DNA of 64,000 nucleotides from Eledone cirrhosa (Eukaryota): contig OZ024744.1 in the NCBI GenBank assembly GCA_964016885.1, positions 24,056,001 to 24,120,000 of the forward strand. The letters run 5' to 3'. The stretch's first letter is position 1. Every line of letters begins with the position of its first letter. The notes beneath the pieces are model-generated. The model was given only the letters and a program-made list of their open reading frames with translations. It was not told where the DNA came from and did not search any database. Of this stretch, positions 42,100 through 55,300 are shown piece after piece. Made by a program: the position numbers and the translations under genes.

Positions 42100-45000
42100 A
42101 CAGTTGAATCTTAAGAACTGACTCATTTTAACAACAGTTGAATCTTAAGATAAAACTCGTTTTAACAACAGTTGAATCTTAAGACCTGACTCGTTTTAAC
42201 AACAGTTTAACCTTAAGAACTGACTCGTTTTAACAACAGTTGAATCTTAAAATAAAACTTGTTTTAACAAGAGTTGAATCTTAAAAACTGACTCGTTTTA
42301 ACAACAGTTGAATCTTATGATAAAACTCATTTTAACAACAGTTGAATCTTAAGATAAAACTCGTTTTAACAACAGTTGAATCTTAAGAACTGACTCGTTT
42401 TAACAACAGTTGAATCTTAAGATAAAACTCGTTTTAACAACAGTTGAATCTTAAGAACTGATTCGTTTTAACAACAGCTGAATCTTAAGATAAACTCGTT
42501 TTAACAACAGTTGAATCTTAAGAACTGACTCGTTTTAACAACAGCTGAATTTTAAGATAAACTCGTTTTAACAACAGTTGAATCTTAAGAACTGACTCGT
42601 TTTAACAACAGCTAAATCTTAAGATAAAACTCGTTTTAACAACAGTTGAATCTTAAGAACTAACTCGTTTTAACAACAGTTGAATCTTAAGATAAAACTC
42701 GTTTTAACAACAGTTGAATCTTAAGAACTGACTCGTTTTAACAACAGTTGAATCTACAAATAAACCTCGTTTTGACAACAGTTTAATCTTAAGAACTGAC
42801 TCGTTTTAACGACAGTTGAATCTTAAGATAAAATTCGTTTTAACAACAGTTGAATCTTAAGAACTGCTTCGTTTTAACAACAGTTCAAACTTAAGAACTG
42901 AATCGTTTTAACAACAGTTGAATCTTAAGATAAATCTCGTTTTAACAACAGTTGAATCTTAAGAACTAACTCGTTTTATCAACAGTTCAACCTTAAGAAC
43001 TGACTCGTGTTAACAACAGTTGAATCTTCAAATAAAACTCGTTTTAACAACAGTTGAATCTTAAGAACTGACTCATTTTAACAACAGTTGAATCTTATGA
43101 ACTGACTCGTTTTAACAACAGCTGAATCTTAAGATAAAACTCGTATTAACAACAGTTGAATCTTAAGAACTGACTCGTTTTAACAACAGCTTAATCTTAA
43201 GATAAAACTTGTTTTAACAACAGTTGAATCTTAAGAACTGACTCGTTTTAACAACAGTTGAATCTTAAGATAAAACTCGTTTTAACAACAGTTGAATCTT
43301 AAGAACTAACTCGTTTTAACAACAGCTGAATCTTAAGATAAATCTCGTTTTAACAACAGTTGAATCTTAAGAACTGATTCGTGTTAACAACAGCTGAATC
43401 TTAAGATAAACTCGTTTTAACAACAGTTGAATCTTAAGATAAAACTCGTTTTAACAACAGTTGAAACTTAAGAACTGATTCGTTTTAACAACAGCTGATT
43501 CTTAAGATAAACTCGTTTTAACAACAGTTGAATCTTAAGAACTGACTCATTTTAACAACAACTGAATTTTAAGATAAACTCGTTTTAACAACAGTTGAAT
43601 CTTAAGAACTGACTCGTTTTAACAACAGCTAAATCTTAAGATAAAACTCGTTTTAACAACATTTGAATGTTAAGAACTAACTCGTGTTAACAACAGTTGA
43701 ATCTTAAGATAAAACTCGTTTTATCAACAGTTGAATCTTAAGAACTGACTCGTTTTAACAACAGTTGAATCTTAAGATAAAATCCGTTTTAACAACAGTT
43801 GAATCTTAAGAACTGATTCGTTTTAACAACAGTTCAAACTTAAGAACTGACTCGTTTTAACAACAGTTGAATCTTATGATAAAACTCATTTTAACAACAG
43901 TTGAATCTTAAGAACTGATTCGTTTTAACAACAGATGAATCTTAAGATAAACCTCGTTTTAACAAAAGATGAATCTTAAGAACTGGCTCGTTTTAACAAC
44001 AGTTGAATCTTAAGATATAACTCGTTTTAACAACAGTTGAATCTTAAGAACTGACTCGTTTTAACAACAGTTCAACCTTAAGAACTGACTCGTTTAACAA
44101 CAGTTGATTCTTCAAATAAAACTCGTTTTAACAACAGTTCAAACTTAAGAACTGACTCGTTTTAACAACAGTTGAATCTTAAGATAAAACTCGTTTTAAC
44201 AACAGTTGAATCTTAAGAACTGATTCGTATTAACAACAGTTGAATATTAAGATAAAACTCGTTTTAACAACAGTTAAATCTTAAGAACTGACTCGTTTTA
44301 ACAACAGTTGAATCTTAAGATAAAACTCGTTTTAACAACAGTTGAATCTTAAGAACTGTCTCGTTTTAACAACAGTTGAATCTTAAGAACTGACTCGTTT
44401 TAACAACAGTTGAATCTTATGATAAAACTCATTTTAACAACAGTTGAATCTTAAGATAAAACTCGTTTTAACAACAGTTGAATCTTAAGAACTGACTCGT
44501 TTTAACAACAGTTGAATCTTAAGATAAAACTCGTTTTAACGACAGTTGAATCTTAAGAACTGACTCGTTTTAACAACAGTTGAATCTTAAGAACTGACTC
44601 GTTTTATAAACAGTTCAACCTTAAGTACTGACTCGTTTTAACAACAGTTGAATCTTCAAATATAACTCGTTTTAACAACAGTTGAATTTTAAGAACTGAC
44701 TCGTTTTAACAACAGTTGAATCTTAAGATAAAACTCGTTTTAACAACAGTTGAATCTTAAGAACTGACTCGTTTTAACAACAGCTGAATCTTAAGATAAA
44801 ACTCGTTTTAACAACAGTTGAATCTTAAGAACTGACTCGTTTTAACAACAGATGAATCTTAAGAACTGACTCGTTTTAATAACAGTTGAACCTTAAGAAC
44901 TGACTCGTTTTAACAACAGTTGAATCTTCAAATAAAACTCGTTTTAACAACAGTTGAATCTTAATAACTGACTCGTTTTATCAACAGTTCAACCTTAAGA

Positions 45001-48000
45001 ACTGACTCATTTTAACAACATTTGAATCTTCAAATAAAACTCGTTTTAACAACAGTTGAATGTTAAGAACTGATTCGTTTTAACAACAGCTGAATCTTAA
45101 GATAAACTCGTTTTAACAACAGTTGAATCTTAAGATAAACCTCGTTTTAACAACAGTTTAATCTTAAGAACTGACTCGTTTTAACAACAGTTGAATCTTA
45201 AGATAAAATTCGTTTTAACAACAGTTGAATCTTAAGAACTGATTCGTTTTAACAACAGTTCAAACTTAAGAACTGACTCGTTTTAACAACAGTTGAATCT
45301 TAAGATAAAACTCGTTTTAACAACAGTTGAATCTTAAGAACTGTCTCGTTTTAACAACAGTTGAATCTTAAGAACTGACTCGTTTTAACAACAGTTGAAT
45401 CTTATGATAAAACTCGTTTTAACAACAGTTGAATCTTAAGAACTGACTCGTTTTAACAACAGCTGAATCTTAAGATAAACTCGTATTAACAACAGTTGAA
45501 TCTTAAGAACTGACTCGTTTTAACAACAGCTGAATCTTAAGACAAAACTTGTTTTAACAACAGTTGAATCTTAAGAACTGACTCGTTTTATCAACAGTAC
45601 AACCTTAAGAACTGACTCGTTTTAACAACAGTTGAATCTTCAAATAAAACTCGTTTTAACAACAGTTGAATCTTAAGAACTGACTCGTTTTAACAACAGA
45701 TGAATCTTAAGATAACACTCGTTTTAACAACAGTTGAATCTTAAGAACTGACTCGTTTTAATAACAGTTGAACCTTAAGAACTGACTCGTTTTATCAACA
45801 GTTCAACCTTAAGAACTGACTCGTTTTAACAACAGTTGAATCTTCAAATAAAACTCGTTTTAACAACAGTTGAATCTTAAGAACTGACTCGTTTTAACAA
45901 CAGTTGAATCTTAAGATAAAACCCGTTTTAACAACTGTTGAATCTTAAGAACTGACTCATTTTAACAACAGTTGAATCTTAAGATAAAACTCGTTTTAAC
46001 AACAGTTGAATCTTAAGACCTGACTCGTTTTAACAACAGTTTAACCTTAAGAACTGACTCGTTTTAACAACAGTTGAATCTTCAAATAAAACTTGTTTTA
46101 ACAAGAGTTGAATCTTAAAAACTGACTCGTTTTAACAACAGTTGAATCTTATGATAAAACTCATTTTAACAACAGTTGAATCTTAAGATAAAACTCGTTT
46201 TAACAACAGTTGAATCTTAAGAACTGACTCGTTTTAACAACAGTTGAATCTTAAGATAAAACTCGTTTTAACAACAGTTGAATCTTAAGAACTGATTCGT
46301 TTTAACAACAGCTGAATCTTAAGATAAACTCGTTTTAACAACAGTTGAATCTTAAGAACTGACTCGTTTTAACAACAGCTGAATTTTAAGATAAACTCGT
46401 TTTAACAACAGTTGAATCTTAAGAACTGACTCGTTTTAACAACAGCTAAATCTTAAGATAAAACTCGTTTTAACAACAGTTGAATCTTAAGAACTAACTC
46501 GTTTTAACAACAGTTGAATCTTAAGATAAAACTCGTTTTAACAACAGTTGAATCTTAAGAACTGACTCGTTTTAACAACAGTTGAATCTACAAATAAACC
46601 TCGTTTTGACAACAGTTTAATCTTAAGAACTGACTCGTTTTAACGACAGTTGAATCTTAAGATAAAATTCGTTTTAACAACAGTTGAATCTTAAGAACTG
46701 CTTCGTTTTAACAACAGTTCAAACTTAAGAACTGAATCGTTTTAACAACAGTTGAATCTTAAGATAAATCTCGTTTTAACAACAGTTGAATCTTAAGAAC
46801 TAACTCGTTTTATCAACAGTTCAACCTTAAGAACTGACTCGTGTTAACAACAGTTGAATCTTCAAATAAAACTCGTTTTAACAACAGTTGAATCTTAAGA
46901 ACTGACTCATTTTAACAACAGTTGAATCTTATGAACTGACTCGTTTTAACAACAGCTGAATCTTAAGATAAAACTCGTATTAACAACAGTTGAATCTTAA
47001 GAACTGACTCGTTTTAACAACAGCTTAATCTTAAGATAAAACTTGTTTTAACAACAGTTGAATCTTAAGAACTGACTCGTTTTAACAACAGTTGAATCTT
47101 AAGATAAAACTCGTTTTAACAACAGTTGAATCTTAAGAACTAACTCGTTTTAACAACAGCTGAATCTTAAGATAAATCTCGTTTTAACAACAGTTGAATC
47201 TTAAGAACTGATTCGTGTTAACAACAGCTGAATCTTAAGATAAACTCGTTTTAACAACAGTTGAATCTTAAGATAAAACTCGTTTTAACAACAGTTGAAA
47301 CTTAAGAACTGATTCGTTTTAACAACAGCTGATTCTTAAGATAAACTCGTTTTAACAACAGTTGAATCTTAAGAACTGACTCATTTTAACAACAACTGAA
47401 TTTTAAGATAAACTCGTTTTAACAACAGTTGAATCTTAAGAACTGACTCGTTTTAACAACAGCTAAATCTTAAGATAAAACTCGTTTTAACAACATTTGA
47501 ATGTTAAGAACTAACTCGTGTTAACAACAGTTGAATCTTAAGATAAAACTCGTTTTATCAACAGTTGAATCTTAAGAACTGACTCGTTTTAACAACAGTT
47601 GAATCTTAAGATAAAATCCGTTTTAACAACAGTTGAATCTTAAGAACTGATTCGTTTTAACAACAGTTCAAACTTAAGAACTGACTCGTTTTAACAACAG
47701 TTGAATCTTATGATAAAACTCATTTTAACAACAGTTGAATCTTAAGAACTGATTCGTTTTAACAACAGATGAATCTTAAGATAAACCTCGTTTTAACAAA
47801 AGATGAATCTTAAGAACTGGCTCGTTTTAACAACAGTTGAATCTTAAGATATAACTCGTTTTAACAACAGTTGAATCTTAAGAACTGACTCGTTTTAACA
47901 ACAGTTCAACCTTAAGAACTGACTCGTTTAACAACAGTTGATTCTTCAAATAAAACTCGTTTTAACAACAGTTCAAACTTAAGAACTGACTCGTTTTAAC

Positions 48001-49295
48001 AACAGTTGAATCTTAAGATAAAACTCGTTTTAACAACAGTTGAATCTTAAGAACTGATTCGTATTAACAACAGTTGAATATTAAGATAAAACTCGTTTTA
48101 ACAACAGTTAAATCTTAAGAACTGACTCGTTTTAACAACAGTTGAATCTTAAGATAAAACTCGTTTTAACAACAGTTGAATCTTAAGAACTGTCTCGTTT
48201 TAACAACAGTTGAATCTTAAGAACTGACTCGTTTTAACAACAGTTGAATCTTATGATAAAACTCATTTTAACAACAGTTGAATCTTAAGATAAAACTCGT
48301 TTTAACAACAGTTGAATCTTAAGAACTGACTCGTTTTAACAACAGTTGAATCTTAAGATAAAACTCGTTTTAACGACAGTTGAATCTTAAGAACTGACTC
48401 GTTTTAACAACAGTTGAATCTTAAGAACTGACTCGTTTTATAAACAGTTCAACCTTAAGTACTGACTCGTTTTAACAACAGTTGAATCTTCAAATATAAC
48501 TCGTTTTAACAACAGTTGAATTTTAAGAACTGACTCGTTTTAACAACAGTTGAATCTTAAGATAAAACTCGTTTTAACAACAGTTGAATCTTAAGAACTG
48601 ACTCGTTTTAACAACAGCTGAATCTTAAGATAAAACTCGTTTTAACAACAGTTGAATCTTAAGAACTGACTCGTTTTAACAACAGATGAATCTTAAGAAC
48701 TGACTCGTTTTAATAACAGTTGAACCTTAAGAACTGACTCGTTTAACAACAGTTGAATCTTCAAATAAAACTCGTTTTAACAACAGTTGAATCTTAATAA
48801 CTGACTCGTTTTATCAACAGTTCAACCTTAAGAACTGACTCATTTTAACAACATTTGAATCTTCAAATAAAACTCGTTTTAACAACAGTTGAATGTTAAG
48901 AACTGATTCGTTTTAACAACAGCTGAATCTTAAGATAAACTCGTTTTAACAACAGTTGAATCTTAAGATAAACCTCGTTTTAACAACAGTTTAATCTTAA
49001 GAACTGACTCGTTTTAACAACAGTTGAATCTTAAGATAAAATTCGTTTTAACAACAGTTGAATCTTAAGAACTGATTCGTTTTAACAACAGTTCAAACTT
49101 AAGAACTGACTCGTTTTAACAACAGTTGAATCTTAAGATAAAACTCGTTTTAACAACAGTTGAATCTTAAGAACTGTCTCGTTTTAACAACAGTTGAATC
49201 TTAAGAACTGACTCGTTTTAACAACAGTTGAATCTTATGATAAAACTCGTTTTAACAACAGTTGAATCTTAAGAACTGACTCGTTTTAACAACAG
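42100..49295. repeat. Higher-order duplication, offset 3834 bp (~42100-45460 copied at ~45935-49295)
   Basis: AAGACC at 42181/46015, TTTGAC at 42771/46605, TTAAGTACTG at 44621/48455. The offset becomes 3833 after a 1-bp T deletion near 48741. Confidence 0.9.
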
Positions 49296-49319
49296 TTGAA
49301 TCTTAAGATAAAACTCGTT

Positions 49320-52300
49320 TTAACAACAGTTTAATCTTAAGAACTGACTCGTTTTATAAACAGTTCAACCTTAAGAACTGACTCGTTTTAACAACAGTTG
49401 AATCTTCAAATAAAACTCGTTTTAGCAACAGTTGAATCTTAAGAACTGACTCGTTTTAATAACAGTTGAATCTTAAGATAAAACTCGTTCTAACAACAGT
49501 TGAATCTTAAGAACTGACTCGTTTTAACAACAGCTGAATTTTAAGATAAAACTCGTTTTAACAACAGTTGAATCTTAATAACTGACTCGTTTTATCAACA
49601 GTTCAACCTTAAGAACTGACTCATTTTAACAACATTTGAATCTTCAAATAAAACTCGTTTTAACAACAGTTGAATGTTAAGAACTGATTCGTTTTAACAA
49701 CAGCTGAATCCTAAGATAAACTCGTTTTAACAACAGTTGAATCTTAAGATAAACCTCGTTTTAACAACAGTTTAATCTTAAGAACTGACTCGTTTTAACA
49801 ACAGTTGAATCTTAAGATAAAATTCGTTTTAACAACAGTTGAATCTTAAGAACTGATTCGTTTTAACAACAGTTCAAACTTAAGAACTGACTCGTTTTAA
49901 CAACAGTTGAATCTTAAGATAAAACTCGTTTTAACAACAGTTGAATCTTAAGAACTGATTCGTATTAACAACAGTTGAATATTAAGATAAAACTCGTTTT
50001 AACAACAGTTAAATCTTAAGAACTGTCTCGTTTTAACGATAGTTGAATCTTAAGAACTGACTCGTTTTAACAACAGTTGAATCTTATGATAAAACTCGTT
50101 TTAACAACAGTTGAATCTTAAGAACTGACTCGTTTTAACAACAGTTGAATCTTAAGAACTGACTCGTTTTATAAACAGTTCAACCTTAAGAACTGACTCG
50201 TTTTAACAACAGTTGAATCTTCAAATAAAACTCGTTTTAACAACAGTTGAATATTAAGAACTGACTCGTTTTAACAGCAGTTGAATCTTAATATAAAACT
50301 CGTTTTAACAACAGTTGAATCTTAAGATAAAATTTGTTTTAACAATAGTTGAATCGTAAGAACTGACTCGTTTTAATAACAGTTGAATCTTAAGATAGAA
50401 CTCGTTTTAACAACAGTTGAATCTTAAGAACTGACTCGTTTTAACAACAGCTGAATTTTAAGATAAAACTCGTTTTAACAACAGTTGAATCTTAAGAACT
50501 GACTCGTTTTATCAACAGTTCAACCTTAAGAACTGATTCATTTTAACAACAGTTGAATCTTCAAATAAAACTCGTTTTAACAACAGTTGAATGTTAAGAA
50601 CTGAATCGTTTTAACAACAGCTGAATCTTAAGATAAACTCGTTTTAACAACAGTTGAATCTTAAGATAAACCTCGTTTTAACATCAGTTTAATCTTAAGA
50701 ACTGAATCGTTTTAACAACAGTTGAATCTTAAGATAAAATTCGTTTTAACAATAGTTGAATCTTAAGAACTGATTCGTTTTAACAACAGTTCAAACTTAA
50801 GAACTGACTCGTTTTAACAACAGCTGAATCTTAAGAACTGATTCGTATTAACAACAGCTGAATCTTAAGATAAACTCGTTTTAACAACAGTTGAATCTTA
50901 AGATAAAACTCGTTTTAACTACAGTTGAATCTTAAGAACTGACTCGTTTTAACAACAGCTGAATCTTAAGATAAACCTCGTTTTAACAACAGTTGTATCT
51001 TAAGAACTGATTCGTTTTAACAACAGATGAATCTTAAGATAAACCTCGTTTTAACAACAGTTGAATCTTGAGAACTGGCTCGTTTAAACAACAGTTGAAT
51101 CTTAAGATAAAACTCGTTTTAACAACAGTTGAATCTTAAGAACTGACTCGTTTTAACAACAGTTGAATCTTAAGATAAAACTCGTTTTAACAACAGTTGA
51201 ATCTTAAGAACTGACTCGTTTTAACAACAGCTGAATCTTAAGATAAAACTCGTATTAACAACAGTTGAATCTTAAGAACTGACTCGTTTTATCAACAGTT
51301 CAACCTTAAGAACTGACTCGTTTTAACAACAGTTGAATCTTCAAATAAAACTCGTTTTAACAACAGTTGAATTCAAAGAACTGACTCGTTTTAACAACAG
51401 TTGAATCTTAAGATAAAACTCGTTTTAACAACAGTTGAATCTTGAGAACTGGCTCGTTTAAACAACAGTTGAATCTTAAGAACTGACTCGTTTTAACAAC
51501 AGTTGAATCTTAAGAACTGACTCGTTTTAACAACAGTTGAATCTTAAGATAAAACTCGTTTTAACAACAGTTGAATCTTAAGAACTGACTCGTTTTAACA
51601 ACAGCTGAATCTTAAGATAAAACTCGTATTAACAACAGTTGAATCTTAAGAACTGACTCGTTTTATCAACAGTTCAACCTTAAGAACTGACTCGTTTTAA
51701 CAACAGTTGAATCTTCAAATAAAACTCGTTTTAACAACAGTTGAATCTAAAGAACTGACTCGTTTTAACAACAGCTGAATCTTAAGATTAAACTCGTTTT
51801 AACAACAGTTGAATCTTAAGACAAAACCCGTTTTAACAACAGTTCAATCTTAAGAACTTTCTCGTTTTAACAACAGTTGAATCTTAAGATAAACCTCGTT
51901 TTAACAACAGTTTAATCTTAAGAACTGACTCGTTTTAACAACAGTTGAATCCTAAGATAAAATTCGTTTTAACAACAGTTGAATCTTAAGAACTGACTCG
52001 TTTTATAAACAGTTCAACCTAAAGAACTGACTCGTTTTAACAACTGTTGAATCTTCAAATAAAACTCGTTTTAACGACAGTTGAATATTAAGAACTGACT
52101 CGTTTTAACAGCAGTTGAATCTTAATCTAAAACTCGTTTTAATAACAGTTGAATCTTAAGATAAAACTCGTTTTAACAACAGTTTAATCTTAAGAACTGA
52201 CTCGTTTTAACAACAGTTGAATTTTAAGATAAAACTCGTTTTAACAACAGTTGAATCTTAAGAACTGACTCGTTTTATCAACAGTTCAACCTTAAGAACT

Positions 52301-55300
52301 GACTCATTTTAACAAAAGTTGAATCTTCAAATAACACTCGTTTTAACAACAGTTCACTGTTAAGAACTAATTCGTTTTAACAACAGCTGAATCTGAAGAT
52401 AAAACTCGTTTTAACAACAGTTGAATCTTAAGATAAAACTCGTTTTAACAACAGTTGAATCTTAAGAACTGACTCGTTTTAACAACAGCTGAATTTTAAG
52501 ATAAAACTCGTTTTAACAACAGTTGAATCTTAAGAACTGACTCGTTTTATCAACAGTTCAACCTTAAGAAATGACTCATTTTAACAAAAGTTGAATCTTA
52601 AAATAAAACTCGTTTTAACAACAGTTGAATCTTAAGATAAAACTCGTTTTAACAACAGTTGAATCTTAAGAACTGTCTCGTTTTAACAACAGTTGAATCT
52701 TAAGAACTAACTCGTTTTAACAACAGTTGAATCTTAAGAACTGACTCGTTTTAACAACAGTTGAATCTTAAGAACTGACTCGATTTATAAACAGTTCAAC
52801 CTTAAGAACTGACTCGTTTTAACAACAGTTGAATCTTCAAATAAAACTCGTTTTAACAACAGTTGAATATTAAGAACTGACTCGTTTTAACAGCAGTTGA
52901 ATCTTAATATAAAACTCGTTTTAACAACAGTTGAATCTTAATATAAAACTCGTTTTAACAACAGTTGAATCTTAAGAACTGACTCGTTTTAATAACAGTT
53001 GAATCTTAAGATAGAACTCGTTTTAACAACAGTTGAATCTTAAGAACTCACTCGTTTTATCAACAGTTCAACCTTAAGAACTGACTCATTTTAACAACAG
53101 TTGAATCTTCAAATAAAACTCGTTTTAACAACAGTTGAATCTTAAGAACTGACTCGTTTTAACATCAGCTAAATCTTAAGATAAAACTCGTTTTAACAAC
53201 AGTTGAATCTTAAGAACTAACTCGTGTTAACAACAGTTGAATCTTAAGATAAACCTCGTTTTAACAACAGTTTAATCTTAAGAACTGACTCGTTTTAACA
53301 ACAGTTGAATCTTAAGATAAAATTCGTTTTAACAACAGTTGAATCTTAAGAACTGATTCGTTTTAACAACAGTTCAAACTTAAGAACTGACTCGTTTTAA
53401 CAACAGTTGAATCTTAAGATAAAACTCGTTTTAACAACAGTTGAATCTTAAGAACTGATTCGTATTAACAACAGTTGAATATTAAGATAAAACTCGTTTT
53501 AACAACAGTTAAATGTTAAGAACTGACTCGTTTTAACAACAGTTGAATCTTAAGATAAAACTCGTTTTAACAACAGTTGAATCTTAAGAACTGTCTCGTT
53601 TTAACAACAGTTGAATCTTAAGAACTGACTCGTTTTAACAACAGTTGAATCTTATGATAAAACTCGTTTTAACAACAGTTGAATCTTAAGAACTGACTCG
53701 TTTTAACAACAGTTGAATCTTAAGATAAAACTCGTTTTAACAACAGTTGAATCTTAAGAACTGACTCGTTTAACAACAGTTTAATCTTAAGAACTGACTC
53801 GTTTTATAAACAGTTCAACCTTAAGAACTGACTCGTTTTAACAACAGTTGAATCTTCAAATAAAACTCGTTTTAGCAACAGTTGAATCTTAAGAACTGAC
53901 TCGTTTTAATAACAGTTGAATCTTAAGATAAAACTCGTTTTAACAACAGTTGAATCTTAAGAACTGACTCGTTTTAACAACAGCTGAATTTTAAGATAAA
54001 ACTCGTTTTAACAACAGTTGAATCTTAATAACTGACTCGTTTTATCAACAGTTCAACCTTAAGAACTGACTCATTTTAACAACATTTGAATCTTCAAATA
54101 AAACTCGTTTTAACAACAGTTGAATGTTAAGAACTGATTCGTTTTAACAACAGCTGAATCTTAAGATAAACTCGTTTTAACAACAGTTGAATCTTAAGAT
54201 AAACCTCGTTTTAACAACAGTTTAATCTTAAGAACTGACTCGTTTTAACAACAGTTGAATCTTAAGATAAAATTCGTTTTAACAACAGTTGAATCTTAAG
54301 AACTGATTCGTTTTAACAACAGTTCAAACTTAAGAACTGACTCGTTTTAACAACAGTTGAATCTTAAGATAAAACTCGTTTTAACAACAGTTGAATCTTA
54401 AGAACTGATTCGTATTAACAACAGTTGAATATTAAGATAAAACTCGTTTTAACAACAGTTAAATCTTAAGAACTGTCTCGTTTTAACAATAGTTGAATCT
54501 TAAGAACTGACTCGTTTTAACAACAGTTGAATCTTATGATAAAACTCGTTTTAACAACAGTTGAATCTTAAGAACTGACTCGTTTTAACAACAGTTGAAT
54601 CTTAAGAACTGACTCGTTTTATAAACAGTTCAACCTTAAGAACTGACTCGTTTTAACAACAGTTGAATCTTCAAATAAAACTCGTTTTAACAACAGTTGA
54701 ATATTAAGAACTGACTCGTTTTAACAGCAGTTGAATCTTAATATAAAACTCGTTTTAACAACAGTTGAATCTTAAGATAAAACTTGTTTTAACAACAGTT
54801 GAATCGTAAGAACTGACTCGTTTTAATAACAGTTGAATCTTAAGATAGAACTCGTTTTAACAACAGTTGAATCTTAAGAACTGACTCGTTTTAACAACAG
54901 CTGAATTTTAAGATAAAACTCGTTTTAACAACAGTTGAATCTTAAGAACTGACTCGTTTTATCAACAGTTCAACCTTAAGAACTGACTCATTTTAACAAC
55001 AGTTGAATCTTCAAATAAAACTCGTTTTAACAACAGTTGAATGTTAAGAACTGAATCGTTTTAACAACAGCTGAATCTTAAGATAAACTCGTTTTAACAA
55101 CAGTTGAATCTTAAGATAAACCTCGTTTTAACATCAGTTTAATCTTAAGAACTGAATCGTTTTAACAACAGTTGAATCTTAAGATAAAATTCGTTTTAAC
55201 AATAGTTGAATCTTAAGAACTGATTCGTTTTAACAACAGTTCAAACTTAAGAACTGACTCGTTTTAACAACAGCTGAATCTTAAGAACTGATTCGTATTA

